Assembly (NCBI RefSeq): GCF_044704955.1 | Contig: NC_091981.1 | Coordinates: forward strand, 48,298,001 to 48,362,000 | Length of the DNA: 64,000 nt | From: Pristiophorus japonicus | Taxonomy: Eukaryota | Direction: 5' to 3' | Part shown: one piece after another, positions 23,711-36,654 of the stretch | Position numbering within the stretch: the first letter of the stretch is position 1 | Layout: every line of letters begins with the position of its first letter | The notes under the pieces: model-generated | Seen by the model: only the letters and a program-made list of their open reading frames with translations | What the model was told of the DNA's origin: nothing | The model's database searches: none | Made by a program: the position numbers and the translations under genes

Positions 23711-24877
23711 TGTAAAAAAAAAATTTCCCCTCAAAACTCGGTGGGAACAACGTTATTTGTGCTCTGAATTCTTTTTGCTGCTGGAAAATCTCCCTCCTAC
23801 CTCCCAAAACAGCCAAACAAGCACACACCACACCCATACACGCTTTCAGTTCCTCTCTGCTCCCTCTTTCTCTCTCTCTCCTCTTCTGCGCATGTAATGA
23901 TGACCCCTGACCTCCTGAAAGACGGGAAGCGACCGTTGTCATGCCGTTGCTATGGATGCCGACACTTTATGGCAGAAGGTGAAAAATTTAACGCTACCAC
24001 CCATTTGAGATCATTCGCGGTAACGCCTATTTTATAAAATGGAAAGTTGGGGTTTTGAAAATGGCGATAATCCGGCAATCTCAAAACCCATATTTATTGC
24101 TACGCTGGAAATAACGCCCATTTTTGGCGAATCTGCACAAAAGTGGAAAGTCTAGCCCCAAATCTCTGTGGGGGGGAGGGGAGAGAAATCGATCGCCGGG
24201 GGGAGGAATAGATCGCTGGGGTGGGATTAGATCTCCTGGGGGGGGGATTAGATCTCTGTGGGGGGAGGATGAGATCTCTGGGGTGGGATTATATCGCATG
24301 GGGATTAGACATCCGGGGGGATTAGATCTCTGGGGGTGGGTGGGAGGTATAGATCACTGGAGGGGAGGACTATATCTCTGAGGGTGAGGGGAGAGAAATA
24401 GATCGCTGGGGGGAGGAACATTGTAGATTACATACTGCCGACATACCATCGGCATGAAATCACCTTTTTTCAGACGGTGTGCAGCTCAGGTGGTATGTCA
24501 GCGGTATACTACCAATGTCGGACTTTTGGGCGGTCTGTAGGGTGCTCCATGTGGGTGAACGGTATGCATACCGCCCGGTGGTATGTCACTGATGAATTTC
24601 CCGCCGGGCGGTATGTGAGCGGTATGTAGGTATTTTATGATCAATTTCGCGATTTTGGGCAGTATGTCGGCGGTTCGCGGGCGGTATGTCCACCAATTTC
24701 GGCCCTTAATGTTCATCAATTTTCCAGTATCCTTAAAAATACAGTACGATATAGTTGGTTATTCTCTAAAGCCAGTTCACCACAGCAAGGGGGATTATTT
24801 TTGTTAATTTTCTGAGATTTGATGGTGTATAAATTAGGCAAATCTGAAACTTGCAGTTGCTTTACAGTTATGTTTAA

Positions 24878-25085
24878 CAACAATTTGCATTTTTATAGCG
24901 CCTTTAACATAGGAAAATGTCCCAAGGCGCTTCAAAGGAACGTAATCAGACAAAAGTTGACACTGAGCTAAAGATAGCTGAGCTGAGATATTAGAAGGAC
25001 TAAAAGCATGGTCAGAGGTAGGTTTTAAGGAGGGTTTTAAAGGAGGAGAGAGATGTGGAGAGGTGGAGAGATTTAAGGAGGGAAG
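24878..25085 (-). mobile_element. L2-type LINE 3' fragment, split; resumes at ~31017-31135 and 32182-32370
   Basis: TTGCATTT.TATAGCGCCTTT tail. GGAGGGAA|TTCCAGAG junction rejoins, as seen uninterrupted at 63700-63730. Confidence 0.65.
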
Positions 25086-25112
25086 GATAGGCAGAGAGGA
25101 AAAGGAGGCGGG

Positions 25113-27320
25113 GTGGCATTGCTGGTTAAAGAGGAAATTAATGCAATAGTAAGGAGGGACATTAGCCTGGATGATGTGGAATCGGTATGGGTGGAGCTAC
25201 GGAATACCAAAGGGCAGAAAACGCTAGTGGGAGTTGTGTACAGACCACCAAACAGTAGTAGTGAGGTTGGGGACAGCATCAAACAAGAAATAAGGGATGT
25301 GTGCAATAAAGGTACAGCAGTTATCATGGGCGACTTTAATCTACATATTGATTGGGCTAACCAAACTGGTAGCAATGCGGTGGAGGAGGATTTCCTGGAG
25401 TGTATTAGGGATGGTTTTCTAGACCAATATGTTGAGGAACCAACTAGAGAGCTGGCCATCTTAGACTGGGTGATGTGTAATGAGAAGGGACTAATTAGCA
25501 ATCTTGTTGTGCAAGGCCCCTTGGGGAAGAGTGACCATAATATGGTAGAATTCTTTATTAAGATGGAGAGTGACACAGTTAATTCGGAAACTAGGGTCCT
25601 GAACTTAAGGAAAGGGAACTTCAATGGTATGAAGCGTGAATTGGCTAGAATAGACTGGCAAATGATACTTAAAGGGTTGATGGTGGATAAACAATGGCAA
25701 GCATTTAAAGATGACATGGATGAACTTCAGCAATTGTACATCCTTGTCTGGAATAAAAATAAAACGGGGAAGGTGGCTCAATCGTGGCTAACAAGGAAAA
25801 TTAAGGATAGTGTTAAAACCAAGGAAGAGGCATATAAATTGGCCAGAAAAAGCAGCAAACCTGAGGACTGGGAAAAATGTAGAATTCAACAGAGGAGGAC
25901 TAAGAGTTTAATTAAGAGGGGGAAAATAGAGTATGAGAGGGAGCTTGCAGGGAACATAAAAACTGACTGCAAAAGCTTGTATAAATATGTGAAGAGAAAA
26001 AGATTAGTGAAGACAAACATAGGTCCCTTGCAGTCGGATTCAGGTGAATTTATAATGGGAAACAAAGAAATGGCAGACCAATTGAACAAATACTTCAGTT
26101 CTGTCTTCACAAGGAAAGACACAGATGTACTAGGGGACAGTGGGTCTAGTGAGAAGGAGGAACTGAAGGATATCATTATTAGGCAGGAAATTGTGTTAGG
26201 GAAATTGATGGGATTGAAGGCCGATAAATCCCCGGGGTCTGATAGTCTGTATCCCAGAGTACTTAAGGAAGTGGCGCTAGAAATAGTGGATGCATTGGTG
26301 ATCATTCTCCAAAAGTCTATCAACTCGGGATCAGTTCCTATGGACTGGAGGGTAGCTAATGCAACACCACTTTTTAAAAAAGGAGGGAGAGAGAAAACAG
26401 GTAATTATAGACCGGTTAGCCTGACATCAGTAGTGGGGAAAATGTTGGAATCAATCATTAAGGATGAAATAGCAGCGCATTTGGAAAGCAGTGACAGGAT
26501 CGGACCAAGTCAGCATGGATTTATGAAAGGGAAATCATGTTTGACGAATCTTCTGGAATTTTTTGAGGATGTAACTAGCAGAGTGGACAAGGGAGAACCA
26601 GTGGATGTGGTGTATTTGGACTATCAAAAGGCTTTTGACAAGGTCCCGCATAAGAGATTAGTGTGCAAAATCAAAGCGCATGGTATTGGGGGTAATGTAC
26701 TAACGTGGATAGAGAATTGGTTGGCAGACAGGAAGCAAAGAGTCGGGATAAACGGGTCCTTTTCAGAATGGCAGGCAGTGACGAGTGGTGTGCCGCAGGG
26801 CTCAGTGCTGGGACCCCAGCTATTTACAATATACATTAACGATTTAGATGAAGGAATTGAGTGTAATATCTCCACGTTTGCAGATGACACTAAACTGGGT
26901 GGCGATGTGAGCTGTGAGGAGGATGCTAAGAGGCTGCAGGGTGACTTGGACAGGTTAGGTGAGTGGGCAAATGCATGGCAGATGCAGTGTAATGTAGATA
27001 AATGTGAGGTTATCCATTTTGGGGGCAAAAACACGAAGGCAGAATATTATCTGAATGGCGGCAGATTAGGAAAAGGGGAGGTGCAACGAGACCTGGGTGT
27101 CATGGTTCATCAGTCATTGAAAGTTGGCATACAGGTACAGCAGGCAGTGAAGAAGGAAAATGGTATATTGGCCTTCATAGCTAGGGGATTTGAGTATAGG
27201 AGCAGGGAGATCTTACTGCAGTTGTACAGGGCCTTAGTGAGGCCACACCTGGGATATTGTGTTCAGTTTTCGTCTCCTAATCTGAGGAAGGACATTCTTG
27301 CTATTGAGGGAGTGCAGTGA
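25113..27320 (+). pseudogene. CR1 ORF2 (APE endonuclease plus RT), N-terminally truncated with a premature stop
   Basis: VYRPP, MGDFN, SDHNMV, YRPVSLTS, AFDKVPH, GVPQGSVLGP and FADDTK motifs. Confidence 0.93.
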
Positions 27321-27428
27321 AGGTTCACCAGACTGATTTCAGGGATGGCTGTCATATGAGGAGAGACTGGATCAACTGGGCCTTTATTCACTGGAGTTTA
27401 GAAGGATGAGAGGGAATCTCATAGAAAC

Positions 27429-27639
27429 TATTGTGTTCCTAACACAGATGAGGCTGTACACAGGGAGGATAAAGTAACAGTGACCTCAGTCTTTAATAAA
27501 ACCCTCCAGAGTGAGGAACAGGCCTTAGGGGCCGGCTTATATACAGTGCTCCCAAGGGATGCTGGGATCCCTTGGGACTTCAGGGGATGCACTCACTGGT
27601 GGCGGAACATGGGCGTGCATGCTTTACAGATACACAACA
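27429..27639 (-). mobile_element. Solo LTR (211 bp) inserted in CR1
   Basis: TATTGTGT...ACACAACA termini, perfect 5-bp TSD GAAAC, and the CR1 sequence rejoins (CTCATAGAAAC|GTATAAG). Confidence 0.85.
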
Positions 27640-28420
27640 GAAACGTATAAGATTCTGACGGGACTGGACAGGTTAGATGCGGAAAGAATGTTCCCGATGT
27701 TGGGGAAGTCCAGAACCAGGGGACATTGTCTTAGGATAAGGGGTAGGTCATTTAGGACTGAGATGAGGAGAAACTTCTTCACTCAGAGAGTTGTTAACCT
27801 GTGGAATTCCCTGTCACAGAGAGTTGTTGATGCCAGTTCATTGGCTATATTCAAGAGGGAGTTAGATATGGTCCTTACGGCTTAGGGGATCAAGGGTTAT
27901 GGAGAGAAAGCAGGAAAGGGGTACTGAGGGAGTGATTAGCCATGATCTTGTTGAATGGCGGTGCAGGCTCGAAGGGCCGACTGGCCTACTCCTGCACCTA
28001 TTTTCTATGTTTCTAAGTTTCTATCGGCTAGACTTTCCACTTTCTGGCTAAGGCCGAAAAAAATGGGCCTTATTCCAGCGATGTGGGACCTATCACCCGT
28101 GCTGATCGCCGGCTCAAGGCCCTTTTTCTTTTGCGATTTTCCACTCGGCCTTACCCCAGCGATGTCAAATGGGCGATGTGATTTCTCGGCGATCCCACGA
28201 TCGCCCAAAGAAAACGGAAGTGAATGGAAAAAAAAAGCTTCCCTAGCCACACATTACTGCGCATGTGCAGGTTGATTTTTTTTTTCAGGTTGATACTCCT
28301 TCCTGTGTTTTGGGAGGTCAGGGGTTATCACATCCTCAGAAGCTCTTTGAGGGTCGTGGAGAGAGAGAGAGAGAGAGGAGAAAGCATTTTGTGCTCTGAA
28401 TAATCTGATAGTAATCGATA

Positions 28421-30018
28421 ATGGAGGCATCATTTGAAAGGAGTAGGGCCAAGCCTTTCACTGAGGAGTCCAATGAGGCCCTGGTGAATGTTGTCAGCAC
28501 CAGCTGGGAGGATCTGACACGGGGTGGGCATGGGAAACCTCCACCCCGTGCATATCGAAGGATTTGGGCAGAGATTGCCGACGTGGTCAAGTCGGCAGCT
28601 AATGAAGCCCGGACACCGGACCAGTGCCGCAAGCGTTGGAACAGCCTACTGGCAGCTGCGAGAGTAAGTTGAAATTTATATTTATGTATTATTTAATGAT
28701 ATAAATAGTAACTCGAATCCGCAATGTTATTTGGTTACATTTAAACATAACTAAATTATGAATAAATTTATACAACCCAGCATAAAGTTATTTGTTGCAG
28801 TGTGAAATAAATGTCTTCAATGTCTTAAATTGCCTGATCCATTTGCTTATGCCGTGCAATGTTAACATATCATTTACAGAAGATGATCTCAATCAATAAT
28901 CGGGAGCAACGCAGGACGGGCGGGGGCTCTGCCATAATGCACACATTAAGTGCTCACAAGGAGCTCGTGGTGGCCTTGGTAGGGCCAGAAAGCCATTCGG
29001 TCACATCCCGTGGTGTGGCCGAACCTACCCTTGAGACATATGAGTCTGATATATAATGGTGATGTACTATAGATGTTCGAATGAGGTCATGTTAGGTCAT
29101 GTTAAACCTTGTGATCACCTGTGCATATGGGGTAATGAAAAGCATTGCAATGTTTTGAGTTCGAGAAAAATTGTAATGCAATGATTTGAATAGTTAATCG
29201 TTGTTTATCAAATTAAAGGTCAAGTGGTCGTTGAGTCAGTGGAGTCCACTACCACTGAACCGTCTCCACCATCGTAGGAGGCTGAAGAAGAGGAGCCACT
29301 GCAGACTCCTGCTGCTGTGCTTCAGCAGGAGGAGGAGGAGGAGGAGGAGACGGAGACGGAGGAAGAAGAAGAGAGTTTTTTTGCGGGGGGGGGTGAACAA
29401 CCTGCGGCCATCTCGGTTGAGATGGTAGAAGCACTGGGACCAAGCAATGTGCAGGTGGCGACGCCAAGACGCGTCACATTGCAAACGCCGACCCCACGGA
29501 GGTCTAGTCAGCGTGGCGAGCAATCGCCTGACTTGGAGGGCCAGACAGAGAGCTTGATTTCCCTGTGCAGGGAGACGGTCGCGATTGGTTGCGACCTTAT
29601 CCATGGATTCGAGGGATCCGAGGGATTCTCTGCGAACTGGAGCCAGTTCTCTGCAAACTGGAGCCAGTTTCCAGCATCCTGGAGCGAGTTCTGCCAGAAC
29701 TTCTCCAACTGGTCTTCTGAGCAGTCACTGACTGCAAGGGAGACTTTGGAGGCTATTCGGCAGCAGACAGCCGCAACGAATGCCCTACGGCATGCATTAC
29801 TGGCTGGACACGGCGCTGCACCCCAAGGTGTCGTGTCTGCTCGCAGCGAAACTCCGAGCACGCAAGCGAGTACGGAGGACACCTCCACCATGGCAGGAAG
29901 TCTTGACATCCCACTCTGCACGACGTCTTTTGGTGTCAGTCTGCGTAGACCAAAACGGGCGGGTGGGGTGCGAACACAGGGTAGGACAGGATCTGGAGGG
30001 AAACGTGGCCACAGGTAG
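28421..30018 (+). pseudogene. Harbinger Myb/SANT-like gene, exons 28421-28663, 28880-29039 and 29219-30018
   Basis: FTEESNEALV...IWAEIA...QCRKRWNSL and QRRTGGG motifs. The second donor is mutated (ATGAGT) and there is an in-frame TAG early in exon 3. Confidence 0.8.
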
Positions 30019-30200
30019 GGAGGGAGGAGTCCTTTTCTATGTAGTTCACTTGTTTTAAAATGTTCACTTGCTGTTATCAATTTATTATACTCCTGTTATT
30101 GTTATTGTTAATGTTACTGAATTGGCCATTTATATTCAATAGTTAAATGTTCACTTGTTCAATTTTTAGCATAAGTTAATTGTTCACTTTCCATTCTTTC

Positions 30201-30292
30201 TGAAATGGTCACTTGTTGTCATGACTGAAATGGTCACTTGTTGTCATGACTGAAATGATCACTTGATATCATGACTTAAATGGTCACTTGTT
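30201..30292 (+). repeat. 25-bp tandem repeat (TGAAATGGTCACTTGTTGTCATGAC), about 3.5 copies
   Basis: Directly visible. Confidence 0.85.
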
Positions 30293-31135
30293 CTTTAAGG
30301 TGTTCAATTTATTCTTCTTCTAACGTTTTGGGGATTTTGAGGGAAGGGTGGGTTGGTGCGGGGGGTTGGAGGGAGGGTGTTGTTCATTAGTTCTTAAAAA
30401 TATATATTTTTGTTAATAAAAAAAAAATTTCTACAACTTTTGTACCTTCTCTCTTATTTACATAAGTTTTACAACGTACAGTTCCTCATGCAGATTTGTT
30501 TGTTTATTCTGTTTCCCCATGGAATATCATTTAATAACTTCACAATGTAAAAGCTATTTACTAAATAATTCCAATATATGAGATCTATTTAGCATAAATA
30601 AGGTGATAATACCTATTTATATTCCCTGTCCCAAATTTCTGAGTACAATTTGCTTCAATTTTACTCTCTAAATAACCCAGAACAATTCTCCACCCTTCCT
30701 CAGAGGCTAAAAATGCCCGTAGTGCCCATTTCCCTCTCTAAGGCCCTGAAAAAGCAACTATTTTTGAGCACTCTTTTGAGCCTTGCATCGGCCCAGCGAA
30801 GTGCATGCTAAGTGCTGAAACTTGGGATGGGCCTTGTGTGGGCGATCATTTGGGCGATCATCTCAGCGATCAAAGTGCAAACTTGGGGGCCTATTTTTCC
30901 GGCGATATTTTAGGCCTAGTTTCCACTTTTTGCTCAAAATGGGCGATAGAGGTCCATTTTGGGCGATAGATGGGCCATAGATGGGCGATGTGAAGTGGAA
31001 AGTCTCGCCCCAAGTTTCCAGAGCCTAGATGATTGAAGGCATGGCTGCCAATGGTGGGATGAAAGGAGTGGGGGTTGTAAGAGGAATGCAGGGTTCTTGG
31101 AGGATTGTAGAGCTGGAGGACATTACAGAGATAGA

Positions 31136-32181
31136 GGGCCCAAGTTTCCACATGATTTGCGCCTGATTTTTAGGAGCAACTGGTGGAGAACGGACTATCT
31201 TAGAAATCGCAATTCTCCACATTTTTTTTTCTGCAGTTCTAGTCAGGTAGAACAGTTCTACTTTGGAACAGAATTTTTTCTTCAAAAGGGGGCGTGTCCG
31301 GCCACTGACGCCTGATTTGAAAGTTTCCACAGTGAAAACGTACTCCAAACTAAAGTAGAATGGAGCAAGTGAAGATTTTTGTAGAACTGAAAAAACCTGT
31401 TCTACACATTAAAAAATCAGGCGCAGGTTACAAATTAGGCGCCCAGAACGAGGTGGGGGGGGAGGGGGGGTGAAGGGAACACATTAAATTCTACAATAAA
31501 TCCTTATTTATACTTCTACAAATATTATACAAATAAATCCAACCTGAATAAACATTTATAAGCCAAGAAAAGATTAAATAAACCAACTTCCTACCTGTGT
31601 GAAAGTGCTTCAGCCAGGGAGAATTCTGCAGCCGTTCGTGCCGCTGAGCGGGAGAGAGAGGGGGAGGGAGGGAGAGAGAGAGAGAGAGAGGGGGAGGGAG
31701 AGAGGAGGGGGAGCGGGTGTCGGGTCGGGTCTAGTCGGCGGGGGGGGAGGGGGGGGGCGGAGAGCGGGTGTCGGGTCTGGTCCGGAGGCAGGGGGGGGAG
31801 TGGGTGTCGGGTCCGGTCGGGGGCGGGGGGGGGGGGAGCAGGAGCTGGCCGTGGGAGGAGCCTTATTCACGCAGCCCCAGTGAGGCCATTCAGCCAGGGC
31901 TAGGGGCTGCGTGCTTCGGGCCCCTCCTACACAGTTCGGGCACCTGGAGCTACTGCACTTGCGTGCCCACTGTAGCGCGCATGTGCAGAGGTCCCGGCAC
32001 TGTTTTCAGCGCAGGGACCTGGCTCCGCCCCCCCACAGCTTGTGCTGTCTGCGCCGAGGGCCAGAGGACCTGCAAGTAGGTGGAGAATACCGAGGATTTT
32101 TTTAGGCGCCGTTTTAGGCGCGAAAAACGGGCGCCCAGCTCGGAGGGGTGCCCGTTTTTTTTCTTGTGGAAACTTGGGCCC
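31136..32181. mobile_element. Harbinger-type MITE
   Basis: Perfect TIRs GGGCCCAAGTTTCCAC / GTGGAAACTTGGGCCC with a 3-bp TSD AGA. Interrupts an L2 fragment. Confidence 0.88.
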
Positions 32182-32479
32182 AGAGAGGGGCAAGGCCATG
32201 GAGGTATTTGAAAATGAGGACGTTGAAGGACCCAGAGCTAATATAGGTCAGCAAGTACAGGAGGGATGGGTGAGCGGAACTTGATGCAGGTTAGGAAACG
32301 GGCAGCATAGTTTTGGATGAGCTCATATTTATGGGAGGCCAGCCAAGAGAACATTGTAATAGTCAAAGAGCATTGTAATAAGTCAAAGATTACAAAAGCT
32401 GTTACAAGTTAGTAACAGTGAACCCAGTTACCATCAGGGCAACAATCTAGTATAGATCATTTATTGTGGATGGTTACTA

Positions 32480-32853
32480 TTCTCATCCTTTTTTTCAAAT
32501 CACTCCATGGCCTCACTCCTCCCTATCTCCTTCAGCCTCCGAGATGTCTGTTCTCCTCTAGTTCTGCCCGCTTCAGCATCCCTGATTATAATTGCTCAAC
32601 CATTGGTGGTCGTGTTTTCTGTTGTCTAGGCCCCAAGCTCTGAAATTTCCTGCCTAAACCTCTCCGCCTCTCTACCTTTCTTTCCTCCTTCAAGACGCTC
32701 CTTAAAACATATCTCTTTGACCAAGCTTTTGGTCACCTGCGCTAATTTCTACTTATGCGGCTCGGTGTCAAATTTTTATCTCATGATACTCCTGTGAAGC
32801 ACCTTGGGATGCTTCACTGCGTTAAGGGCGATATACAAATACGAGTTGTTGTT
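32480..32853 (+). mobile_element. L2-type LINE 3' end
   Basis: Reverse complement of the repeat at 63630-63900; ends AAGGGCGATATACAAATACGAG(TTG)n. Confidence 0.7.
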
Positions 32854-33146
32854 ATAAGTTTTATTTCTTTTGTTTAATGCCTTTATTTTGTTTTAAAGTT
32901 ATAACTTTCCCATTCTTAATTTATTGTGCATTTTTATATAATGTTTAATTTGTTATGAAATACTATGTCATCAGTTCCAGTGATCATGAGATTAATAAGG
33001 AAGAGCATACATTGAATTACATAGAATGTACAGCGCAGAAACAGGCCATTTGGCCCAACGAGTCTATTCTGATGTTTATGCTCCACATGAGCCTTTTCCC
33101 ACTCTACTTCCACACAAATCATTAGTTAGGCTGCAGTGAGAATATT

Positions 33147-33752
33147 GGGGGTGATTTTGACGTGTAGCGCGTATCGGGCAGGTGGTGAGCAGAGTGATCG
33201 ATGTGTCCACCCGATGTCATCACCATATATGACATTTAGATAGGTAAGCTGCCTAAGCCTTTCCAGTGTTGATAGACAGCTCGCCGATCTTGAGGAGGGG
33301 GAGAGGGGCGGAAATCTAGCAGTTCAAACTTAAATTGGAGGGCCAAGTGAATCAGGAGGTGGGGAATAGGGAGGTGCAGGCGTAAGGTGAGTAAGCAGTC
33401 AGGAGCATTTTTTTTAACGGTGCAGGAAGAGTTATTATACTCATCCAGGTCCCCCCTAAAAGGCTGCAAAAAGCATGAAGCACCTGTTTTTCTCAGTGAC
33501 CTCCAGCGATCCCTTCTGTGCTATTGGGCGACACTTGCACATCGCAGGTGTATTTACTCATCAAAATTGCATCATCATAGGACCCCGAATTGCATATAAT
33601 AATGAGGCTCCTGTTTATGTCGGAGTATTTCAACGCCCGGACTGAAAAGGGAGCTGGTGTGGATGGCAGTAAATTTTCCAATACGATTTTGGCCCCGATA
33701 CAACCTCGTTCCCACCTAAACACGGGGCCGTAGAGAACCCAAAATTGCCTGC
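33147..33752. mobile_element. Old MITE inside a CR1 remnant (CR1 pieces at 33120-33146, 33753-33885 and 34280-34510)
   Basis: Degenerate TIRs GGGGGTGATTTTG / CAAAATTGCCTGC, ATT on both flanks, and the CR1 EYCVQFW motif rejoins across it. Confidence 0.5.
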
Positions 33753-35271
33753 ATTGTGTCCAGTTTTGGTTGTCTTACTTTAGGAAGGATGTCAAGGCCA
33801 TGAAGGGGGTACAGATGAGTTTTATTAAGGTGATACCAGGGATGCGATGCTTAAGTTATGAAGAGAGATTAGAGAAACTGAAGCACATTTCGTTATCAGG
33901 TTCATCATCATCATCATCTTCTTCTATCATCCGAAGTCCTGTGACAGTCCTCCATACCTCTTTAAGGCAGGGGCTTGAAATCTGGTGTTGTGTTTCGGAC
34001 TGTCCATGGTTGATCTTTTATTGACCTTTTCTGTACTGCAGGTTATGGACACCGTTGGCTAATTCAAGGATTAGCTCACCCGCCTTTTCATGGCATTTCC
34101 TCCATCAAGGGTCCCACTCCCCTCCTCCAGCCGCTCATCTACCCAAAGTTCACTGGCACTTTCTGGAGGTGGCTGGGTTAATTAATCACTGCCCAGCACT
34201 CGGCATTGACCAGTCACAGGCAACACCATCTACTGTCATTACGGTAACCTGACCTGACACCAATTATAAGTTTAAGAGACGATCAAGTAGAGGTGTTCAA
34301 AATTATGTAGGATTTTCAAAAAGTAAACAGAGAAAAATTATCTCCATGGTGAATTGGAAACTAGAGGGCATAAATTTAAGACCATTACTAAAAAAATCAA
34401 AGGGACAGGTTAGTAGAATTTCTTTTCTTGCAGGGGTTATTGGGATGTAGAATGCCATAACAAAAAAGTGGTGGAAACAGAATCCATAATAGCTTTTACA
34501 AAATTGACTAAATATATTCCAGCTGTATAAATATAATAATTTTTGTTCTTATTGTGTGAAGAACATCCTGATGTCAGTCCTAAATTTGACTTTCACCAGT
34601 TTGGATGTGCCTGCTTGACCCAGTTTCATGGCATATTTTAAAGCAGTGCTCATTTTTCTTTACTGCATGCTGATTTGTGCTCTTGTAATACATTTGTAGC
34701 ATTCATGATTCAAATTGCTAGTCTTCGCTTATTCATACCACCAAAGTACGCTTGCCAAAGATCTCTCTAATTGTTGAGGATATTATTATGTAAAGATCTC
34801 TATTATCTTCATTCTGAGCTAGAAGGCCAAAAGTTAATCTAAGATCTTAATTTTGTTGGTGGTGCCTTTAATCTGCTGTTCTAAAATGATCCAGCGCATC
34901 AAGAAATCTGGCAAAGTACAAATATGTTGTTCAAATTGTGTACAACTCAGACCACTGAAAAATAGAGACCCTTAGCGATGTGAGTCCTATATATATATAT
35001 TCTTGGAGTTCAAGTGACAATCAGTAAACACATGACCAGCCATTTGATAGTCAGCATACAGATTAACATTTCATTCCCCCAAGTAAAAGGAAACTGTTTG
35101 TAGTTTGACAGTAAGTAACTTTGTAAAACATGTAATTAACCTTAACTTATTTCTGTTTGTTCTTCGTATTTTTGTGAAGGCAATGGTAACATTCATTCTG
35201 GAAGTTGAATCATTTTAGGTTAATGATTTTGGGCCTAAATTTTTCTCCCAGACGAGCACCACAATAAATAG

Positions 35272-35720
35272 AAAGAAAGACTTGCATTTATATAGTGCCT
35301 TTCACAACCTCAGGATGTCCCAAAGTGTTTTACAACCAATGAAGTACTTTTGAAGTGTAGTCAATGTTGTAATGTAAGAAATGTGGCATGTGCAGAGCAA
35401 GGGACCACAAACAGCAATGAGATAATGACAAGGTCATCTGTTTTTGTGTTCTTGATTGAGAGATTAACATTGGCCAGGGCACCGGGGAGAACTCCTCTGC
35501 TCTTCTTTGAAATAGTGCTGTGGGATATTTTATGTCAACTTAAGAAAGCAGACGTGGCCTTGGTTTAACATCTCATCTGAAAGACAGCACCTCCAACATT
35601 GCAGCTCTCCCTCAGTATTGCACTGAAGAGTTGGTCTAGATTATGTGCTCAAGTCTCTGGAGTGGGCTCGAACCTACTATCTTCTGACTCAGAAGTGAAA
35701 GTGCTACCCACTGAGCCATA
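35272..35720 (-). mobile_element. tRNA-derived SINE (SacSINE1/DeuSINE-like)
   Basis: Minus-strand head GGCTCAGTGGGTAGCAC...GGTTCGAGCCC (A and B boxes) and an L2-like tail. Homologous to 59510-59952. Confidence 0.75.
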
Positions 35721-36654
35721 GGCGACACGACCTAGATATATCACTTGGCAACATTTTCACCAGATTTTGAGTATTGAAATAACTGCCCCAGTACTGTCCG
35801 GGCAGGATGAACATCATTGATAATAGAGAGAAATAGCATAATCTAACTGAAAAGTAGTAGCCAGATGCACTGGCACAATGGGCCAAATGGCCACCTCCTT
35901 TGCGGTAAGATTCTTTGCAGGTCGAGATTTCTCTTGTTGCAACTCCCGAGTGCATTTCAATGTACAATTGGAGTCATGCCTCACTTGGGATAAGCGACTT
36001 GGCTTTATTCCTGTTGGCATTTAAAATTAAAAAAGCTTAAGAGATGGGTCAGTGATTTTACAGACCTTCATCTGAATTATTTATGCTGTCACTTCAATGG
36101 TAACTGATTAGGTTCAGGTTTTATGCCAACATTTTACCTGGCACTCATTCTTGTCTCTTAGTAAGTCACTTGAAAATTAATAAGTGTGTTCAGACCTATA
36201 TCTCCATTGAGAATAAAATTAATTAACTTAGCTTCCTCAAACAATTTTATTTGTTGCATAGCAATAAGAAACAACTGAGAGAACTGCAACAAAGACAGAT
36301 GTCTCACTGATTTGATCCTACTGATTGCCAGGAGCTCTTAAAGATTTGCAAAATTGTACTGAGATACCAATAGCAATTGGCAGATTTCCCATAGCCCAAA
36401 GTATGCTCCAAAAAAAAAATTCTACAAGTGATGATGAATGCTTCATAGGAGGGCCAGATTTGAGACGGTAAGGTATTCTAGAAAAGTACAAAGTCAGAGA
36501 CTGTATTTGGAGATATTCGCTCGGTATTCTGCACAGCCATTTTGGATTGTTACAGAATGTTGAGGTATGGCTGCAGTGGCTCTCATAATCCTGGCACAAA
36601 TATAGAGGTCTAGCTTAAAGGGGACAGAAAGCCTGGGAGGAGTACTTTCTGTTC

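Larger units (their letters stand above)
17585..24158 (+). mobile_element. Harbinger/PIF DNA transposon with transposase and convergent Myb/SANT gene, disrupted by nested insertions
   Basis: TIRs GGGCTAGACGTTCCAC / GTGGAAAGTCTAGCCC, HARBI1-type DDE motifs, and a spliced Myb/SANT-like gene on the opposite strand. Confidence 0.9.
15687..24705. mobile_element. Non-autonomous TIR element hosting the minisatellite and the nested Harbinger
   Basis: Perfect 12-bp TIRs GGGCCGAAATTG / CAATTTCGGCCC with TTAA on both sides. Same TIR core as the 3619-4304 MITE. Confidence 0.75.
25086..28024 (+). mobile_element. CR1 LINE, 5'-truncated, relatively young
   Basis: 735-aa uninterrupted ORF2 segment and a 3' (TTTCTATG)n-like tail. 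Confidence 0.95.
28025..31010 (+). mobile_element. Harbinger deletion derivative carrying only the Myb/SANT gene
   Basis: TIRs GGCTAGACTTTCCAC / GTGGAAAGTCTCGCC match the 17585-24158 family. No transposase motifs seen. Confidence 0.85.

Noticed and set aside
31107-31116. TGTAGAGCTG partial match to the Tx1 target inside an L2 remnant
   Set aside because: No insertion is present; useful only as an unoccupied non-LTR control site.
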